DNA of 57,115 nucleotides. Origin: a virus. Positions 18,894-27,143 of the stretch are shown in pieces; position 1 is the stretch's first letter, and every line of letters starts with the position of its first letter. The translations under genes and the position numbers were made by a program. The DNA lies in the IMG/VR virus record IMGVR_UViG_3300009435_000003. One strand, given 5' to 3'. Below the pieces are notes generated by a model. That model did not search any database. It worked only from the letters and a program-made list of their open reading frames with translations, and was not told where the DNA came from.

Positions 18894-19313
18894 TTATCTC
18901 AAATCTGTGTCGTGTTTCTTAGAGCCACGAATGTAACTGTTGACTCTGCCCATAGCCCACGCAGCCATAGATGCTCCTCGACGAGAGCCAGACGAAAGCC
19001 AAGCACCTTGTCCCCTTCTGTAAACTTTCTTTAAGGTTCCGAAAGAAATTCCGGAACTCTTGGCTTTCTTTTGTAGTGTTGCTCTTGTAGAGCTACTCAA
19101 AGGTTTGGCTTTTACTTTAGCCCCCTTCTTAGCCTCTACCCTCTTCTTGAATAGGGATAGCTTGATACGCTTGCCAGACCTGTAGTCCTCCGACATCTTC
19201 TTCTTGTTGGCGGCATCCTCCTCTACAGTGGCTTTTATTTCTTTACCCTGTCCGGGGTCAGTGTATCTAGTAGGGAGTCCGAGTCTATACGGTTGCTTCC
19301 TTTTACTTGCCAT
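18894..19313 (-). CDS. Basic protein, unknown function
   Basis: 139 aa, Lys-rich; GQGAWLSSGSRRGASMAAWAMGRVNSY. Confidence 0.55.
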   Translation of the reverse strand: MASKRKQPYRLGLPTRYTDPGQGKEIKATVEEDAANKKKMSEDYRSGKRIKLSLFKKRVEAKKGAKVKAKPLSSSTRATLQKKAKSSGISFGTLKKVYRRGQGAWLSSGSRRGASMAAWAMGRVNSYIRGSKKHDTDLR

Positions 19314-19491
19314 GGTCAGCCACTTTAAACGATGCCTTCTCTACAGCACCCGGATGCGGTTTGTACTCACCCTTCATGAGGTAGTATCTACCCTGCTCCT
19401 CCATCCAGTGATATCCAGAGGGGGGAGAGACCGAAACCTTCTTAGAGGAAACCTTCAGCTTTGCGCGTTCTGATTTCTTCGCCGTCTTCAT
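19303..19491 (-). CDS. Hypothetical small protein
   Basis: 62 aa; GYHWMEEQGRYYLMKGEYKPHPG. Confidence 0.5.
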   Translation of the reverse strand: MKTAKKSERAKLKVSSKKVSVSPPSGYHWMEEQGRYYLMKGEYKPHPGAVEKASFKVADHGK

Positions 19492-19760
19492 GTCTTCATC
19501 TTAGGTTTTGGTAAACCCTTGGACTGTCTCTCCTTCTCCTTGGAGATGATGTCTTTCAATGCCTCGTCTCGTCTTCCGGTAAGGAGCCAAGTCATGGCAT
19601 ACCCTTTCATTACCTTATCAGGAATTGACACATCAGGGAAGGCATCACCCATGTGCTTAGCCATGTCCTTTAGATTGGACTCTTTTGTTATCGGCTTTTT
19701 AGTTGGGTCGCCGTTTACCTTGACACCCGTTGAGGCTTTCTTTTTGCTCTTGTATAGCAT
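19488..19760 (-). CDS. Hypothetical protein
   Basis: ATG (MLYKSKKK) lies 4 nt after a TATATTTG box; the longer track ORF would overlap its neighbour. Confidence 0.5.
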   Translation of the reverse strand: MLYKSKKKASTGVKVNGDPTKKPITKESNLKDMAKHMGDAFPDVSIPDKVMKGYAMTWLLTGRRDEALKDIISKEKERQSKGLPKPKMKT

Positions 19761-19772
19761 AACGCAAATATA
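19761..19772 (-). promoter_or_regulatory. -7 box TATATTTG + 4 nt + ATG
   Basis: + strand CAAATATA at 19765-19772. Confidence 0.55.
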
Positions 19773-19773
19773 G

Positions 19774-20040
19774 TCATTTGGTAAGACCCCATTTGTGGTT
19801 GCTGTATCCAACATGAACCTTGAAATCAATGGACTTGACACTCAGCCTCAAGTTATCTTTCTGCTTCTTAATTCTAGCGGGGCTCTTGAACGCGAGCTGT
19901 ATCAGTCTATCCCGGTGAACATCGCTTCCCCAGATTAGATTTTTATCATTACCCGAAAGAACAACGTCTTTAATACGGTAATCTCTTTTCGTTTTGCCGT
20001 CGTGAAGAACGACATCGCACAGGTGGATAGGGTCTTTCAT
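19774..20040 (-). CDS. Hypothetical protein
   Basis: ATG (MKDPIHL); the track start is TTG. Confidence 0.5.
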   Translation of the reverse strand: MKDPIHLCDVVLHDGKTKRDYRIKDVVLSGNDKNLIWGSDVHRDRLIQLAFKSPARIKKQKDNLRLSVKSIDFKVHVGYSNHKWGLTK

Positions 20041-20066
20041 ACTCCTATAACGGAGCAAGAATCAAA

Positions 20067-20273
20067 TTATTGCATCTGGTTTTTAGCCAACAGCAATTTC
20101 ACCTCCTGCACTTCTTTAAGAAGTAGCTTCACGTCCTCTTTCATCTCGGAGTTGTCGGTCTCCAAGGCAATCACCCTCCCCTTCAAGGAGCTGTAGTCTG
20201 ACTGGTGTTTAATCCAAATCCCAATCAGCGAGCCTGCTATAATAAACAGCTCAAACTGTGTCAATGCATCCAT
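20067..20273 (-). CDS. Small membrane protein with coiled coil
   Basis: 68 aa; TM segment LFIIAGSLIGIWI followed by a heptad-rich tail. Confidence 0.5.
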   Translation of the reverse strand: MDALTQFELFIIAGSLIGIWIKHQSDYSSLKGRVIALETDNSEMKEDVKLLLKEVQEVKLLLAKNQMQ

Positions 20274-20285
20274 GTTACAAAAGTA
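20274..20285 (-). promoter_or_regulatory. -7 box TACTTTTG + 4 nt + ATG
   Basis: + strand CAAAAGTA at 20278-20285. Confidence 0.55.
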
Positions 20286-20307
20286 GTAAAATGAATATTA
20301 CGTCAAC

Positions 20308-21429
20308 TCAAAACCTCCGCTCTGTAATTCTCCTTACTTGCTCCTCTCTATAGAAGGGGTCTAGCTCTGCACCGAAACAAATCTGACCCCAGTTAGCCAG
20401 CACAATTTGAAGGTCGGTAACTGTAAAGAAGCCATCCCCATTTAGGTCTCCCTCAATCCAGTCTATATCTCCCAGATGCGCAAGCATCAGCATCAAGTCG
20501 TTCATACCTACAACCAAATCACCACTGATATCTCCTGCGCAATACGGGTCACCAGTCGTGAGTCCCGGCCTAGTGATTTCAATCATGTTGTGCATGCGTT
20601 CAATCTGACCAGTGGTAAAGTGTTGCCTGCATGAATCTACGTAGTAGTCCATGTGGTTATCTGGTGTATAGCTGTATAGTGCAGGAGGGCATATTGGATT
20701 TTCACAGCTCCAGTTTAGTTTTGTTGGTGGAGTGTCACAAACAAAGTCTCCTGTCTCCTCGCAATCACCGAGGTCTTGGCCGCAGTTATCTACGTTTCGA
20801 AAGACATGCTGTAGGCTTAGGAAATGTCCCACCTCATGGATAAGTGTTTTGTTCTCATCTCTATTATTCAGTAGGTGGTCTCCGAGTCTTCCGAATACAC
20901 TTGTCTTGACCCACACTCCGTCTAGCGTTGTTTGAGGTGTGTAAGCTGTCCACGCAAAACCAAGTATGCCTTGACAAAAAGCTGGGAACACATGTACATT
21001 CATTACCGTCTCCCTATCCCATACGATATCCTCTAGGTAATTATTCATAGAAATAAAGGCAAACCCATTGTAAGGAACGCAGTTAGTGTTGAGTAACGCA
21101 TAGGAATCCTCGTACTCATCAAAGTCATGGTACTCTATGGATAGTAAATCAAACTCGTACATCGCCTCCTCGAACTCCTCATTCAAATGAGCAGCTGCAT
21201 CGTTAACGACATAGGTAGGTAGATTGCTGTGGGGTATGCTGTCGGTGTGATAGATATGAATGACGTAGTTGACCGTCTTCCATTCTGGTTCATCTGGAAA
21301 GAACCCCATTGTTCTTACAGCTAAATCCTCCGGTTCCCCGAATGTGACACACTGAGAATTGACCCTGCTCACAAACAAGAGGGTAAGCATCCATAGGATG
21401 AAGATTGCATGGAACTTATAGCGTGACAT
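20308..21429 (-). CDS. Secreted M43-like (metzincin) zinc metalloprotease with C-terminal dockerin-like repeats
   Basis: Signal peptide MSRYKFHAIFILWMLTLLFVSRVNS; HEVGHFLSLQHVF (HExxHxxxxxH); two DxxGDxxxxxxDL repeats (DISGDLVVGMNDL, DLNGDGFFTVTDL). Confidence 0.7.
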   Translation of the reverse strand: MSRYKFHAIFILWMLTLLFVSRVNSQCVTFGEPEDLAVRTMGFFPDEPEWKTVNYVIHIYHTDSIPHSNLPTYVVNDAAAHLNEEFEEAMYEFDLLSIEYHDFDEYEDSYALLNTNCVPYNGFAFISMNNYLEDIVWDRETVMNVHVFPAFCQGILGFAWTAYTPQTTLDGVWVKTSVFGRLGDHLLNNRDENKTLIHEVGHFLSLQHVFRNVDNCGQDLGDCEETGDFVCDTPPTKLNWSCENPICPPALYSYTPDNHMDYYVDSCRQHFTTGQIERMHNMIEITRPGLTTGDPYCAGDISGDLVVGMNDLMLMLAHLGDIDWIEGDLNGDGFFTVTDLQIVLANWGQICFGAELDPFYREEQVRRITERRF

Positions 21430-22084
21430 GTGGTTGAGTTTAGGGTATAGCATTCCCTCGCACACTATTAGTATTCAACAAGAACGATAGCCACGTTTCC
21501 AAAAATGCTGGATGCTGTCGTAGCTATACGTGAGTGCTCCACAAGCACTCTACGTGAAGCGTTCGTTGCTAAGCTTATGCGAAGTTACACGAAAAAAATT
21601 AGAAAGTCAAGTGCTTTGACAAGATTAAAACAGTTTGAGCCATAAAAGTAGTACTTACAACCCGCATGCTAATCCGTTTTTTAGGTGAAAAAAGCGATGA
21701 GAAATGTACCCCCATGGGATTATACATACATACAGACGCTACGCCGTGCAAACCGAAACGCAATCGCTGACCCCACCCCCTGCAAACGTGTCGTGTTGCC
21801 GCCAAACATTCTAGCTTTTTGCTTGCGTGCTCTGCTGGTCTGGTCGATGGCCGTGCTCCATCCGTGGTCTGAGACATGAGGTACAGCCAGCCGATTGATG
21901 GACTAGAACCAAAGACCCAAGGCACAATCCACGCCCCTGCATTCGGTTGCTCCTATACGCTACCCACAAATGGGGCATTAACATCTGTTGGCAATTAGCT
22001 CATACTAGAACAAGATTGATATCCGTTATACACTCAACAACGCGATAGCTAAATAGATATAACATAACCCCTAACACACTGATA
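21430..22084. other. 0.65-kb non-coding divergent region between the two arms (candidate origin/control region or ncRNA)
   Basis: Only low-quality ORFs. AT-rich 21590-21720 next to GC-rich 21730-21960. Hairpins GAGTGCT-N5-AGCACTC, GTCAA-N5-TTGAC and GATGG-N7-CCATC. Confidence 0.5.
21978..22011 (+). promoter_or_regulatory. Early cassette copy A (short form): TTAACATCTGTTGGCA-N6-TCATACTAGAAC
   Basis: Box1 variant carrying an exact ATCTGTT, plus a Box3-like core; first element of the + arm. Confidence 0.45.
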
Positions 22085-22573
22085 ATGAATAAGTTAAACA
22101 TCACATACAAGCGAGGCATCAACACGATGGACTTGACAGCAGAGGGATACGGAGTCATTCAGGAGAAGGTCACCGACGTGTTCGTCGATGGTGAATTCAG
22201 AATGTTCATCTCCAAGGACGAAGTGACCAAGGAGTACACTGCATGGGAGGACAATGACAGCGAAATGTTCTCCGGAGGATTGACCTTGAGAGAGTGCAAG
22301 GAGAACGTCGAGCGAGTGCTGTTGAAGGAAGCCCGTGAGGACAACCAAGACGCATACGAGGACGCGATACTGGAGCGCAGATACATGCGTAACCTCAAGG
22401 ATGCTTGCACCACTCCAAGTGAGCGGTTCGAGGCTCAGGAAGCCATCGACATTGCTCAATCGAAGCTGGACACGTTGCAGGCTGAGTACGTTGCGATACT
22501 GGAACGCTTGAAGCCATTGATGCCAAGCCACGCAAAGAGCATGGCGCAAATTAGATTGGGTTCTGCACAATAA
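22085..22573 (+). CDS. Hypothetical early protein
   Basis: 162 aa, first gene of the + arm. Confidence 0.6.
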   Translation: MNKLNITYKRGINTMDLTAEGYGVIQEKVTDVFVDGEFRMFISKDEVTKEYTAWEDNDSEMFSGGLTLRECKENVERVLLKEAREDNQDAYEDAILERRYMRNLKDACTTPSERFEAQEAIDIAQSKLDTLQAEYVAILERLKPLMPSHAKSMAQIRLGSAQ

Positions 22574-22606
22574 AGCGAGATTGAGAAGCGTTAACACTAT
22601 AGAAAC
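22565..22606 (+). promoter_or_regulatory. Early cassette copy B: GCACAATAA-N14-GCGTTAACACTATAGAAAC
   Basis: Box2 overlaps the upstream stop codon. Box3 is the closest match to the SP6 core GACACTATAGAAG. Confidence 0.55.
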
Positions 22607-22607
22607 A

Positions 22608-22629
22608 GGGGAGGCAAATCGGTCTCCCC
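22608..22629 (+). other. 5' UTR hairpin GGGGAG-N10-CTCCCC
   Basis: Read directly; a hairpin with the same stem sits at the 3' end of the same gene. Confidence 0.6.
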
Positions 22630-22643
22630 ACAAATTGAAAGCC

Positions 22644-23585
22644 ATGAGTAAAGCAAAGAAAGACGTCTACCAGCAGGTCACCGACCGCATCATCGAGGGT
22701 CTCCAGACCAAGGGTCTCCAATGGTTCAAGCCTTGGAACGCTGGACAAGGCATGGGTGCTATGATGCCCATCAACAACACCACGGGGAAAGCCTATCGTG
22801 GTCTCAACCAGCTGTTCCTCTGCATCGAGCAGACGGCCAATGGCTACGAGCACAACGAATGGTTGACCTACAAGCAGGCGGCTAAGGCTGGCGGCAATGT
22901 AGTCAAGGGTTCTACAGGCACTGAGATTGTGTTCTGGAACATCAGCTACGTTGACCCAACGGCCAGCCCAGCTAAGTTCTACCGCAAGGTGACTGACGCT
23001 CCTGCCAGCATCCGTCCGCTGTTGAAGAAGGTCTTCAGCCCACGTCTCTGGAACGTGTTCAACATCGCCCAGTGCGAAGGTATCGAGCCACGTCGCAAGC
23101 CCGTGACTCCGGTTGAGCCAGCGGAGCAGTTCAATCCAATCGGTGAGGCTGATAAGGTGTACGCAGAGCTGTACCCCACCAAGCACAAGCCCACACTGGG
23201 TCATGGTGGAGCCAGCGCGTTCTACGCTCCAATGCGCCATCACGTCCAGATGCCCAAGCCTGAGACGTTCGTGACGAACGATGACTACTACAAGACTCTG
23301 TTCCACGAGTTGGTGCACAGCACTGGTCACGAGGATATCTTGAACCGCCTGAACAAGGTGGCCGCCTTCGGGTCTGAGGACTACAGCAAGGAGGAGTTGG
23401 TGGCTGAGATTGGTGCTCAGTTCCTCGTCGGTCTCACAGGCATCGAGCCAAAGGATGACCACGTAAACAGCCAAGCCTACGTCAACAACTGGGTGAAGCA
23501 GTTGAAGGATAAGCCGAAGATGGCTCTGTCAGCCGCGAACAAGGCAATGAAGGCTGTGGACTTCATCATGGGGGGAGAGGTGTGA
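22644..23585 (+). CDS. ardC: ArdC-like antirestriction protein (ssDNA-binding N-domain + zincin metallopeptidase)
   Basis: VYQQVTDRIIEGL..WFKPWN..TGKAYRGLNQLFL..WLTYKQAAKAGGNVVKG, then HELVHSTGH..FGSEDYSKEELVAEIGAQFL. Start re-picked at MSKAKKD. Confidence 0.85.
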   Translation: MSKAKKDVYQQVTDRIIEGLQTKGLQWFKPWNAGQGMGAMMPINNTTGKAYRGLNQLFLCIEQTANGYEHNEWLTYKQAAKAGGNVVKGSTGTEIVFWNISYVDPTASPAKFYRKVTDAPASIRPLLKKVFSPRLWNVFNIAQCEGIEPRRKPVTPVEPAEQFNPIGEADKVYAELYPTKHKPTLGHGGASAFYAPMRHHVQMPKPETFVTNDDYYKTLFHELVHSTGHEDILNRLNKVAAFGSEDYSKEELVAEIGAQFLVGLTGIEPKDDHVNSQAYVNNWVKQLKDKPKMALSAANKAMKAVDFIMGGEV

Positions 23586-23610
23586 GCCTCCCCTCCGCCC
23601 TTCGGGGCGT
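23572..23610 (+). terminator. Two tandem GC hairpins after ardC (GGGGAG-N10-CTCCCC, then CGCCC-TTCG-GGGCG)
   Basis: Read directly; followed by TTAACATTAATT. Coordinates +/-1. Confidence 0.5.
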
Positions 23611-23674
23611 TAACATTAATTCACAAGTAACGCACAATAAAACGAATACATCCAGCGTTACTACTATAGAAACG
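23610..23674 (+). promoter_or_regulatory. Early cassette copy C
   Basis: TTAACATTAATTCACA-N6-GCACAATAA-N14-GCGTTACTACTATAGAAAC, with a GTAACGC/GCGTTAC stem. Coordinates +/-1. Confidence 0.55.
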
Positions 23675-23681
23675 AGAGAAC

Positions 23682-24017
23682 ATGAAAAAATACGACTCAA
23701 CACCGATTGCATACGCAAGCTACCCAAACACCGGAGTAGTCCGAACTGACCGCAAGTTCCGCGCCACAATCCAGTTCCACACTGGGAGCGCATGGAGCAA
23801 AGGGACATGGGCTTGCTCGAAGACGTTCAACAACGAGAGCCACATAGACAACTTCATCGCATACATGGAGAGGACTAAGGGTTGGAACGTCGATGAGGTA
23901 TGGTATGGAAAGAACCTGACTCCCCTTGAGGACTCTTGGGCGTATGCTGGCGATGCTGTAAAAAAGAAGTTTCACAAGCCTAATGGCTGGAAGGCTAGAC
24001 GCTCTGCCGGATACTAA
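23682..24017 (+). CDS. Hypothetical early protein
   Basis: 111 aa, own cassette. Confidence 0.6.
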   Translation: MKKYDSTPIAYASYPNTGVVRTDRKFRATIQFHTGSAWSKGTWACSKTFNNESHIDNFIAYMERTKGWNVDEVWYGKNLTPLEDSWAYAGDAVKKKFHKPNGWKARRSAGY

Positions 24018-24080
24018 TTAACATCCGTTAACAACCTGAGCACAATAACAAGAAGCCCTTCTGCGTTATTACTATAGAAG
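24018..24080 (+). promoter_or_regulatory. Early cassette copy D (full consensus)
   Basis: TTAACATCCGTTAACA-N6-GCACAATAA-N14-GCGTTATTACTATAGAAG; ATG at 24100. Confidence 0.6.
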
Positions 24081-24099
24081 CCACCAATAGATAAATTAC

Positions 24100-24393
24100 A
24101 TGGGACAGAAAGCAATTCAAATAGACACGATGACATGCGGACAGCACTTCCTTCCCGCCATCTTTAACGGGGACACCGAGTCCCTAGGCGCACACGAAGA
24201 GTATCTCTTGGAGCGCGAGGTGAGGTGGTATCAGATGCAGGGAGAGGAGGACTACCCCAACTTCGTTAGCATCGAGTTCGAGTGCACATCAAGCGAGCGA
24301 TACATGTGCGGATGTGACCTAACAGGGCATCTCGGTGAATGTGTAGAGGTGAAGGTCTTTGTGTTCCTAGATGAGAACTACGTGAAAGATTAA
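24100..24393 (+). CDS. Hypothetical early protein
   Basis: 97 aa, Cys/His-containing. Confidence 0.6.
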   Translation: MGQKAIQIDTMTCGQHFLPAIFNGDTESLGAHEEYLLEREVRWYQMQGEEDYPNFVSIEFECTSSERYMCGCDLTGHLGECVEVKVFVFLDENYVKD

Positions 24394-24451
24394 CATCCGT
24401 TAACAGACTGCGCACAATAACAGCAAACCTGCCGCGTTATTACTAAAGAAG
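24390..24451 (+). promoter_or_regulatory. Early cassette copy E
   Basis: Box1 contains the upstream TAA stop. Box3 variant is GCGTTATTACTAAAGAAG. Confidence 0.6.
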
Positions 24452-24473
24452 ACATCATTAAAAACAATTCAAT

Positions 24474-25679
24474 ATGAGAGTTACCACGAAAAACAACAAG
24501 GCCTTCACGCCTGATTCCAAGTCAGCCATCATCGCACTTGTGAGGTTACGACGTTCGTCATTCCAAAGCATCTACAAGGTTGAGCAAGCAATCAGAGATG
24601 AGTACATCAAGCTTACAGCTAACAGCTTCGGTGTCATCCCAGCAGATTACTATCAACTACAAAAGCCCGTCAACGCTAAGGCAATGGCAAAGGCTAGATT
24701 GGCTGTAATTGGGGGGACAAGTACTACTATTTGCAGGCGATTCCTTGAGGTCGTACCAAATATGTCTGACTACACGATATCGCTGTGTGAACAGGGTGAG
24801 GCTGTATTAGAGGAGGCAAACGGCAACGGGTCAAGCCATTCAGCTTACAGCAATCGAGTAAGTGAGTATGACCTGAATCGAGTCTTAGAATTTGTCTTGG
24901 AGAAGAAGCACCTTGATAACCAAGAGCTACTGGACTACAACGAAGACGTTAAGAGGTCTATTAAACGGGGCAAGTATCTCAAGGCGGTGCGCGAAGGTGA
25001 CCCTCTGCGTGCTGGGCTGGAGGAAGGTCAGGTGTGCTATGAGTTCACTGATGCCGTGTTCGATGACCACATCGACATGTTCACCAATGTGCTGTTCATT
25101 GGTCACCAACTGCGTGTTGTGAAGGATACAGATTGCAACATGTACACCATTCAAAAACTGACCACCAACGCCCATGAACCATGGAGAACAGTTGGATTCG
25201 AGGACAAGTTGTACGATGTTATCGTTGGGTTATCTGGCACATTGCTAAACAAGGAGCTAAGGGCTGTAGAGTCAGCCGTTCGACAATGCGAGCGAGGTCA
25301 ACCTATGATTCAAGACCTATTCACACCGGATGAGATTCGACAACTGGCTGATACCCAGTGCGTGCAACTGCCAAAGCAGACTACGTTTTCTGTAGTGAAA
25401 GTTGGCACAGAGTCTTTCGGGTGCGTTGAATGCTCTAAGGTCAAGCCAGAGGCGAACGTGATTGCATCTGGACTCAAGTATGAGGATGCTGATAAGTTGC
25501 GAGGCTTATCATCCAAAGACGCTGAAGCAAAGCGACGAGTGGAGAAAAAAGCCAATCGCATCAACAACATGAGAGAACAGCTCGTTCAAGAAAGGGCTGA
25601 GTTGGTTAAGCTGGAGGAGGAGCAAGAGCAAGCTGAAAGCAACTTGACTAATCACCAGAACCAAATACAGGCGGCATGA
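24474..25679 (+). CDS. Hypothetical early protein with C-terminal coiled coil
   Basis: 401 aa, no motif recognised. Confidence 0.65.
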   Translation: MRVTTKNNKAFTPDSKSAIIALVRLRRSSFQSIYKVEQAIRDEYIKLTANSFGVIPADYYQLQKPVNAKAMAKARLAVIGGTSTTICRRFLEVVPNMSDYTISLCEQGEAVLEEANGNGSSHSAYSNRVSEYDLNRVLEFVLEKKHLDNQELLDYNEDVKRSIKRGKYLKAVREGDPLRAGLEEGQVCYEFTDAVFDDHIDMFTNVLFIGHQLRVVKDTDCNMYTIQKLTTNAHEPWRTVGFEDKLYDVIVGLSGTLLNKELRAVESAVRQCERGQPMIQDLFTPDEIRQLADTQCVQLPKQTTFSVVKVGTESFGCVECSKVKPEANVIASGLKYEDADKLRGLSSKDAEAKRRVEKKANRINNMREQLVQERAELVKLEEEQEQAESNLTNHQNQIQAA

Positions 25680-25843
25680 TATTCGATAACGCACACAACC
25701 CATTCATCGAGCTTGACCTATCGAAGGAAGAGCTGGTGGAAGCATACAACTTCTTCCAAGGAGTTGACCTAGAATCCCAGATGCTAGTAGCTGATGCACT
25801 TGATGCTAAGTACAGCCTGATGGAGTTAATTAACATCCGTTAA
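25676..25843 (+). CDS. Small acidic protein (55 aa, below the track cutoff)
   Basis: ATGA-coupled to the upstream gene: MIFDNAHNPFIELDLSKEELVEAYNFFQGVDLESQMLVADALDAKYSLMELINIR*. The stop lies inside Box1. Confidence 0.5.
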   Translation: MIFDNAHNPFIELDLSKEELVEAYNFFQGVDLESQMLVADALDAKYSLMELINIR

Positions 25844-25892
25844 CAAACGACGGACAATATCTCAGAACACGGTGCGTTCTAACTATAGAAAC
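25830..25892 (+). promoter_or_regulatory. Early cassette copy F
   Basis: TTAACATCCGTTAACA-N6-GGACAATAT-N13-GCGTTCTAACTATAGAAAC, with hairpin AGAAC-N7-GTTCT. Confidence 0.6.
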
Positions 25893-25911
25893 ACCACAAA
25901 AACAATTCACC

Positions 25912-26157
25912 ATGATTAAAATCATTTTAACAACAGAAGACGGATGGGACTGCGCTCCCGCCATCATGGAGGTATCCGAGCTACTACCACATGCTCGTGA
26001 GATGCACTACGAGATTCAGTGTTGCAAGAGAAGCATGAGCGCGAAGGATATGCTTAGTGACCTGAACGATTTCGTTACCGACCTCAAGCAAAGGATAGAC
26101 GATGCCGCTGAAGAATTAGAAGGAGTTGAATTTCAAACCGTTGAAGATGAAGAGTAA
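25912..26157 (+). CDS. Hypothetical early protein
   Basis: 81 aa, acidic. Confidence 0.6.
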   Translation: MIKIILTTEDGWDCAPAIMEVSELLPHAREMHYEIQCCKRSMSAKDMLSDLNDFVTDLKQRIDDAAEELEGVEFQTVEDEE

Positions 26158-26377
26158 AGCCGCAATCCCAGAGAAAGGTCAGTTGACCGACATGATTATA
26201 AACTTCGAGGAGCAACAGTGTACCATCGAAGAGATACTGGAGTTGTTCTCCGTGCTCATCCAGACTGGCATGGCATGGTCTCTTCAGGGTAGCTACGGGC
26301 GGTTGGCTCGTCACCTCATCGACCAAGGAAGTTTATCCGATGATGGCACAATAACTCACGAGTTCCTGCCGTTCTAA
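26147..26377 (+). CDS. Hypothetical early protein
   Basis: ATG (MKSKAAIPEKG) overlaps the upstream gene by 11 nt; the track start is TTG. Confidence 0.55.
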   Translation: MKSKAAIPEKGQLTDMIINFEEQQCTIEEILELFSVLIQTGMAWSLQGSYGRLARHLIDQGSLSDDGTITHEFLPF

Positions 26378-26387
26378 TTATAGAAAC
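26346..26387 (+). promoter_or_regulatory. Early cassette copy G (Box2+Box3 embedded in the end of the upstream CDS)
   Basis: GCACAATAA-N13-GCCGTTCTAATTATAGAAAC; the TAA stop lies inside Box3. Confidence 0.5.
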
Positions 26388-26403
26388 CAAAAAACAATTC
26401 AAT

Positions 26404-26637
26404 ATGAGTATGTTCGATAAAACCCCACGTCACTTCAGCGTGACACAAAACAAGGCCACCGAAGCCGGAGTCATGAAGATTCAAATCGGAAAGCTTGAGC
26501 TGTCAATCACAACGCTCAACGGAATCAATGAAGCTGTGGTGTTCTCAGAGAGCGGAGACCAAGTTTCTGAGACTAAGTTCACAGATTTCAACGAGGTCAT
26601 CTCGTTATTCTGGAAGCTGGAATCACTCGACATTTAA
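26404..26637 (+). CDS. Hypothetical early protein
   Basis: 77 aa, conserved leader. Confidence 0.6.
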   Translation: MSMFDKTPRHFSVTQNKATEAGVMKIQIGKLELSITTLNGINEAVVFSESGDQVSETKFTDFNEVISLFWKLESLDI

Positions 26638-26663
26638 GTTAAACCCCCAAAAAACAATTCACC

Positions 26664-27143
26664 ATGGGATTAGATATGTACCTGACTCGTAACCACTATG
26701 TGCGGAACTGGAGTCACCGACCAGACAGAGACTACAAGGTCTCTGCGAAGATGAACAACAAGCGTGTACCCTTCCTCGGAAGCGTAGGCGAAGTGACCAG
26801 CATCCGTGAGGAGGTGCTGTGCTGGAGAAAAGCCAACGCCATCCACAAGTGGTTCGTTGACAACGTGCAGGACGGAGATGATGACTGCGGGAAATACTAC
26901 GTAGGTATCGAGCAACTACAAGAGTTGCGACACGCCTGCCTTGCCGTCATCGCATCGCCAGAGCGAGCCGAAGAACTACTACCTACGCAAAGTGGGTTCT
27001 TCTACGGGAGCACAGAGTTTGATGAGTACTACTTGGAGGACTTGCGTATGACCGCAAAGACTATCGAGAAGCTCGTGAAACAGCAAATCCAAGCCAAGGA
27101 CATGAAGCACTCGATGGACTTCGAGTACAGCTCATCTTGGTAA
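26664..27143 (+). CDS. Hypothetical protein (MGLDMYL.. / WRKANAIHKWF family seen in many phages, function unknown)
   Basis: 159 aa, conserved leader. Confidence 0.6.
   Translation: MGLDMYLTRNHYVRNWSHRPDRDYKVSAKMNNKRVPFLGSVGEVTSIREEVLCWRKANAIHKWFVDNVQDGDDDCGKYYVGIEQLQELRHACLAVIASPERAEELLPTQSGFFYGSTEFDEYYLEDLRMTAKTIEKLVKQQIQAKDMKHSMDFEYSSSW

Noticed and set aside
21599-21925. 108-aa - strand ORF and 64-aa + strand ORF inside the non-coding control region
   Set aside because: The composition is not protein-like (Trp/Cys/Arg-rich), no start signals of either type are present, and the two overlap each other. Treated as non-coding.
22094-23474. Long - strand ORFs (22094-22645, 183 aa; 22551-23474, 307 aa) antisense to the early genes
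   Set aside because: The sequences are low-complexity, Leu/Val/His/Arg-rich, and mirror the clearly homologous ArdC-like gene. They are most likely a by-product of GC-rich codon composition on the + strand.
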